Assembly: GCA_964433345.1 (NCBI GenBank)
Contig: CAYSQJ010000005.1
Span: forward strand, 155,585-219,584
Direction: 5' to 3'
Source of the DNA: an uncultured Bordetella sp.
GTDB taxonomy: Bacteria; Pseudomonadota; Gammaproteobacteria; Burkholderiales; SG8-41
Length of the DNA stretch: 64,000 bases
Positions 60,907-64,000 of this stretch are shown here, in pieces (position 1 is the first letter of the stretch; each line of letters begins with the position of its first letter). Position numbers and translations under genes: made by a program. The notes below the pieces were generated by a model. That model ran no database searches, was not told the DNA's origin, and saw only the letters and a list, made by a program, of their open reading frames with translations.

Positions 60907-63071
60907 TACTGGCACCCACAAGACATGTCGGGGTTGTACCCGCCAAGCGTGGTTGGCACGAACAGATTTGCTCCCATTTGGCTCGCGGCACTTGCCCCAA
61001 CTGAGACAGCAGCACCAGCATTGAGTGCATTCTGCATATTCGCGCTGATCGTCGCTGGGCTGGTAAAACCGCTAAATGTACGGTTTTGTCCAATATACTG
61101 GAGCGTGCGCCCAAGTCCTGCCGCGCTGCCCAAACCTCCGGAGATTGCACCGATTCCAGCTTGCACACCTGCTTGACCCCAACACACATTGCCAGTTGTG
61201 GCGTACTGATTCACTACATTACTCGTGCCACCAATCAGGCCTCCGGCCAATCCTGTTCCAAAGACACCCCATGAGGTAGGAACAAACGTTGCAGCGACGC
61301 CAGCACCAGCGCCAACAACCGTCCCCCACGCGATAGCAGAGGCATTCTGCCAAGTCCATCCGCCGCTCGCATTTGCTGCTTGGATCGCACCGGCAGCACC
61401 CCCGACGACACCGCCGATAGTTTGAATGATCCAGAGGCCCTCTGGGTCAACACGACTCAGCGGATTGCTTCCAACATAGGCGTATGTATTGATTCCCCCT
61501 GCGAGCCCAATCGGATCAGATTGCACATACCGTCCGGTGAGCGGATCATAATCCCTGAAGTAGTTGTAGTGTGTGCCGAGTTCAGTGTCGAAGTACTGCC
61601 CCGGCAGTCTGAGGTTGCAGGTAAAGTTCCCCGCCCCCGAGGGGTTCTCGTTCGGCGCATTGTTCCCATAGGGATCATCGTTCGCCCAACTCCACACCGC
61701 CTGTCCCGTGTCACTGGTAATGAGCCGCGGCGTGTTCAGGTGATCGGTGTGCACGAAGTACATCTTCGGCACGGTGGTGAGCGCGATCAGCTGGATCGCA
61801 TCCGCAATGACGAAGCCGTTGGCCTGGTCGGTGAGGGTGATGGTGCTGCTGCCGTTGAGGTTAAACGTCCCCAGCAGGTTGAAGGCACCGCCATTGGTCT
61901 GCTGGTTGACGGGTACTTGAGTGGTCCCCTGGGCATGGTTCACCGTGTAAGTCGCATTGCTCGCCCGATTCGGGTTTGCCGTCCACTTCGCATACACCTC
62001 GTATTGCCCCGCTGCGACGTTCGGCGTCCAGGTCGCGGTGTTGAACTCCGGCGCCGAGGCCTCGATCAGCCGGATCGCATCCGCAATCACGAAGCCATTG
62101 GCCTGATCCGTCAGACTCACCTTGTGGCCCGATCCGGGCGCCATGCTGTAAGTGCCGAGCAAGACCCACTGCCCGTTGTTCTGCACCTGATCCACCGTCA
62201 CCGGGGTGTCACCCCCGGCATGGGTCACCGTGTACTGGGCATTGCTCGCCCGGTTCGGATGCGCCGTCCAGCGGGCATAGACCTTGTAGCTGCCCGCACT
62301 GGGGATCGTCGGCGTCCAGGTGGCCGTATTGGGGGCCGCATTCTCCGGGGTGACCTTGATCGCATCGGCAATGACGTAGCCGTCACCCTGGTCGACCAGC
62401 ACCACCGAGTGGCCGCTGCCGGCGTTGAGACTGAAGGTGCCCAGCAACTGCCAAGTCCCGCCATTGGCCTCCTGGTTCACCGTCACCGCTGTCGCGCCCC
62501 CGGCATGGTTCACCGTATAGGTGGCCTGGGTGCTGCGGTTGGGGTGGGCGGTCCAGCGGGCATAGACCTTGTAGCTGCCGGTGGTGGGGATGGTGGGGGT
62601 CCAGGTGAAGCTGTTGGCCCCGGCCCCGGCCGGGTGATGCTGGTAGTTGCTGCCGTAGTAGCCGCCGACACTGGTGGAAGTGGCCCAGGTGCCGGAGGCC
62701 GTGCCCGCGGTGTTGTCCACCACGATGGCAGAGGGTTCCTCGCCATTGGCGGCGTGGACCTGGTAGTTGCTGCCCAGATACCCGCCCACCGAGGTCGAAG
62801 TGGGCCAGGTGCCAGTGACACTGAAGCCCGAGTCGGTGTTGTCCACCACGATGGCGCCGGGCGGGCTGCCGTTGGCGGGGTGGGCGAGGTAGTTCGAGCC
62901 CTGGTAACCGGGCACATTGGTGGAAGCCGACCAGCTGCCCAGCGTGCTGAAGCCGGCATCCGTGTTGTCGATCACCACCGGGGTGGCGGCTTGGGTGGCC
63001 ACGGCAGAGCCCAGCAGCAGGGCGGCGAGCAGGTGGCGGGCGGTGGTCATGATGTGTTTGTTGTTATTCAT
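60906..63071 (-). CDS. Secreted lectin-repeat / RHS-core / C-terminal toxin (CT1, glycine-zipper-rich) protein, upstream copy
   Basis: AGGGG SD; signal peptide MNNNKHIMTTARHLLAALLLGSAVATQA|ATP; same modules and core as the 58121 gene up to SRVDPEGL, then a 175-aa Gly/Ala-rich C-terminus. Confidence 0.8.
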   Translation of the reverse strand: MNNNKHIMTTARHLLAALLLGSAVATQAATPVVIDNTDAGFSTLGSWSASTNVPGYQGSNYLAHPANGSPPGAIVVDNTDSGFSVTGTWPTSTSVGGYLGSNYQVHAANGEEPSAIVVDNTAGTASGTWATSTSVGGYYGSNYQHHPAGAGANSFTWTPTIPTTGSYKVYARWTAHPNRSTQATYTVNHAGGATAVTVNQEANGGTWQLLGTFSLNAGSGHSVVLVDQGDGYVIADAIKVTPENAAPNTATWTPTIPSAGSYKVYARWTAHPNRASNAQYTVTHAGGDTPVTVDQVQNNGQWVLLGTYSMAPGSGHKVSLTDQANGFVIADAIRLIEASAPEFNTATWTPNVAAGQYEVYAKWTANPNRASNATYTVNHAQGTTQVPVNQQTNGGAFNLLGTFNLNGSSTITLTDQANGFVIADAIQLIALTTVPKMYFVHTDHLNTPRLITSDTGQAVWSWANDDPYGNNAPNENPSGAGNFTCNLRLPGQYFDTELGTHYNYFRDYDPLTGRYVQSDPIGLAGGINTYAYVGSNPLSRVDPEGLWIIQTIGGVVGGAAGAIQAANASGGWTWQNASAIAWGTVVGAGAGVAATFVPTSWGVFGTGLAGGLIGGTSNVVNQYATTGNVCWGQAGVQAGIGAISGGLGSAAGLGRTLQYIGQNRTFSGFTSPATISANMQNALNAGAAVSVGASAASQMGANLFVPTTLGGYNPDMSCGCQ

Positions 63072-63084
63072 GTCCGCGGCCCCT

Positions 63085-64000
63085 TTACTGGATCACCGCC
63101 ACGGGGGCATCCCCGAGGTAGATGTATTCCCGCTGGGGGGTGCCGGAGGCACTCGTCTCCGAGATCAGACGCCCCTGGGCGTCATAGTGGTAAATCGTGT
63201 CGCCCTGGGTGTTGGTCTTGCGGATCCGCTGACCGACACTGTTCACCTGGTAGGTCGTGCTGCCCCCCACGCCAGTGGCCTGCACCAGGCGCCCGCGGCT
63301 GTCGTAAGCGAAGCTGCGTGCCGTGTCGGCCGTGGTGCTGCCATTGGCGTCGTAGCTGTAGCTGCGGTTCGTCGTGCCGCTGATGCTGGCGAGCCGGTTG
63401 CTGCTGCCGCTGTAGGCATAGGTGTCGGTGTTCGCCCCCACGGTCCGGGTCAACCGGTTGCCCACCGCATCGAAGGTGTAGCCCTGGCTCGTGCTGGGGC
63501 CGGTGAAGCCCGTCAGCCGGTCCAGCGTGTCATAGGCATAGGTGTTGGTATTGACCGGGGTCACCGTGTCGGTCAGGCTGGTGATGCGGCTGGCGGGGTC
63601 GTAGCCCACGGCAATCGACTGGGTGGCCAGCGTGTAGCTCGCGATGCGCCCGTCCTGATCAAACCCGCGGCTGTAGGTCTGCCCGTTGCCGAAGGTGTGG
63701 CCCGAACTGGGCCCGAAGGGCCGGTAGGCGACGCTGGAGACGACCGTCTGGGTCTCCGAGTCCTTGGTGGTGGCCACCGCCTGGATGCGGCCCAGCGCAT
63801 CAAGGGTGTAGGTGACCTGCCGCCCGGAGGGGTAGGTCATCCCGGTCATGCGGCCTGCGCTGTCATAGGCGTAGGCGGTGACATAGGGCACGCCGTTGAT
63901 GGTGCGGGTCTCCGACAGCAGTCGGCCGTGCACGTCATAGGCATAGTCGGTGAGGCTGTTGGGCTCGGTGATCTGCGTGAGCCGTCCCTTGCCGTTCGTG
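63085..64000 (-). CDS. YD-repeat (Rhs shell) protein, C-terminal part; N-terminus lies beyond the window
   Basis: Repeated YxYDxxGR(L/M) units (YAYDSAGRMTGMTY, YTLDALGRIQAV, YAYDTLDRLTGF, YHYDAQGRLISE). The frame stays open to 64000. It ends ...REYIYLGDAPVAVIQ with TAA at 63085-63087. Confidence 0.85.
   Translation of the reverse strand, partial: TNGKGRLTQITEPNSLTDYAYDVHGRLLSETRTINGVPYVTAYAYDSAGRMTGMTYPSGRQVTYTLDALGRIQAVATTKDSETQTVVSSVAYRPFGPSSGHTFGNGQTYSRGFDQDGRIASYTLATQSIAVGYDPASRITSLTDTVTPVNTNTYAYDTLDRLTGFTGPSTSQGYTFDAVGNRLTRTVGANTDTYAYSGSSNRLASISGTTNRSYSYDANGSTTADTARSFAYDSRGRLVQATGVGGSTTYQVNSVGQRIRKTNTQGDTIYHYDAQGRLISETSASGTPQREYIYLGDAPVAVIQ

Larger units (their letters stand above)
55833..64000. 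mobile_element. Integrase-associated genomic island (left end; right end outside window)
   Basis: Housekeeping genes end at 55830. They are followed by a tyrosine integrase, an HD hydrolase and polymorphic-toxin cassettes with visibly lower GC. Confidence 0.5.

Noticed and set aside
63933-63935. Met at 63933 as the start of the YD-repeat protein
   Set aside because: The same frame stays open to the window edge and continues to encode YD-type sequence (...YAYDVHGRLLSETR...). The Met reported by the ORF track is an internal GTG (Val) codon read as an alternative start, and the true start lies beyond 64000.

Overview
High-GC proteobacterial chromosome segment, most consistent with a betaproteobacterium because it carries 9 Bug/TctC-type periplasmic carboxylate receptor genes. 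All protein-family calls come from motif recognition by eye, with no database search. The window has three zones. (1) 1-50 kb is a patchwork of short operons for carboxylic-acid and acyl-CoA catabolism. It includes PdxA-like, PrpD/MmgE, LeuCD-type hydro-lyase, IMDH-type dehydrogenase and ICL/PEP-mutase-type lyase genes. It also includes HpcH and CitE-type lyases, BKACE, an enolase-superfamily enzyme, 4 acyl-CoA dehydrogenases and 4 family-III CoA-transferases. Further genes encode a SucCD-like ligase, crotonase, AtuA/DUF4387, TauD, ALDH, GST and two split TPP-decarboxylase pairs. I could not recognise any specific transcription factor in this zone. It contains three families of palindromic repeats and a recurrent AT-rich, IHF-site-like 30-bp element. 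A small insertion holds a decayed zeta-toxin-like gene, an AAA_14/DUF4143 ATPase and a REP-bracketed DUF559 nuclease. (2) 51-55.7 kb holds housekeeping genes: rdgC, tex, an HPF/RaiA-like gene and an EF-hand protein. (3) 55.8-64 kb is an island bounded by a tyrosine integrase. It carries a small alarmone-hydrolase-like HD protein and a tandem polymorphic-toxin locus. That locus is the most unusual feature. A YD-repeat (Rhs shell) gene stops 13 nt before a separate gene. The separate gene encodes a Sec signal peptide, lectin-like (golvesin-C-like) repeats, the Rhs core plug with the DPxGL site, and a toxin domain. The second gene is duplicated 2851 nt downstream with a 1275-nt identical block but a different C-terminal toxin, and each copy has its own AT-rich immunity-like genes.
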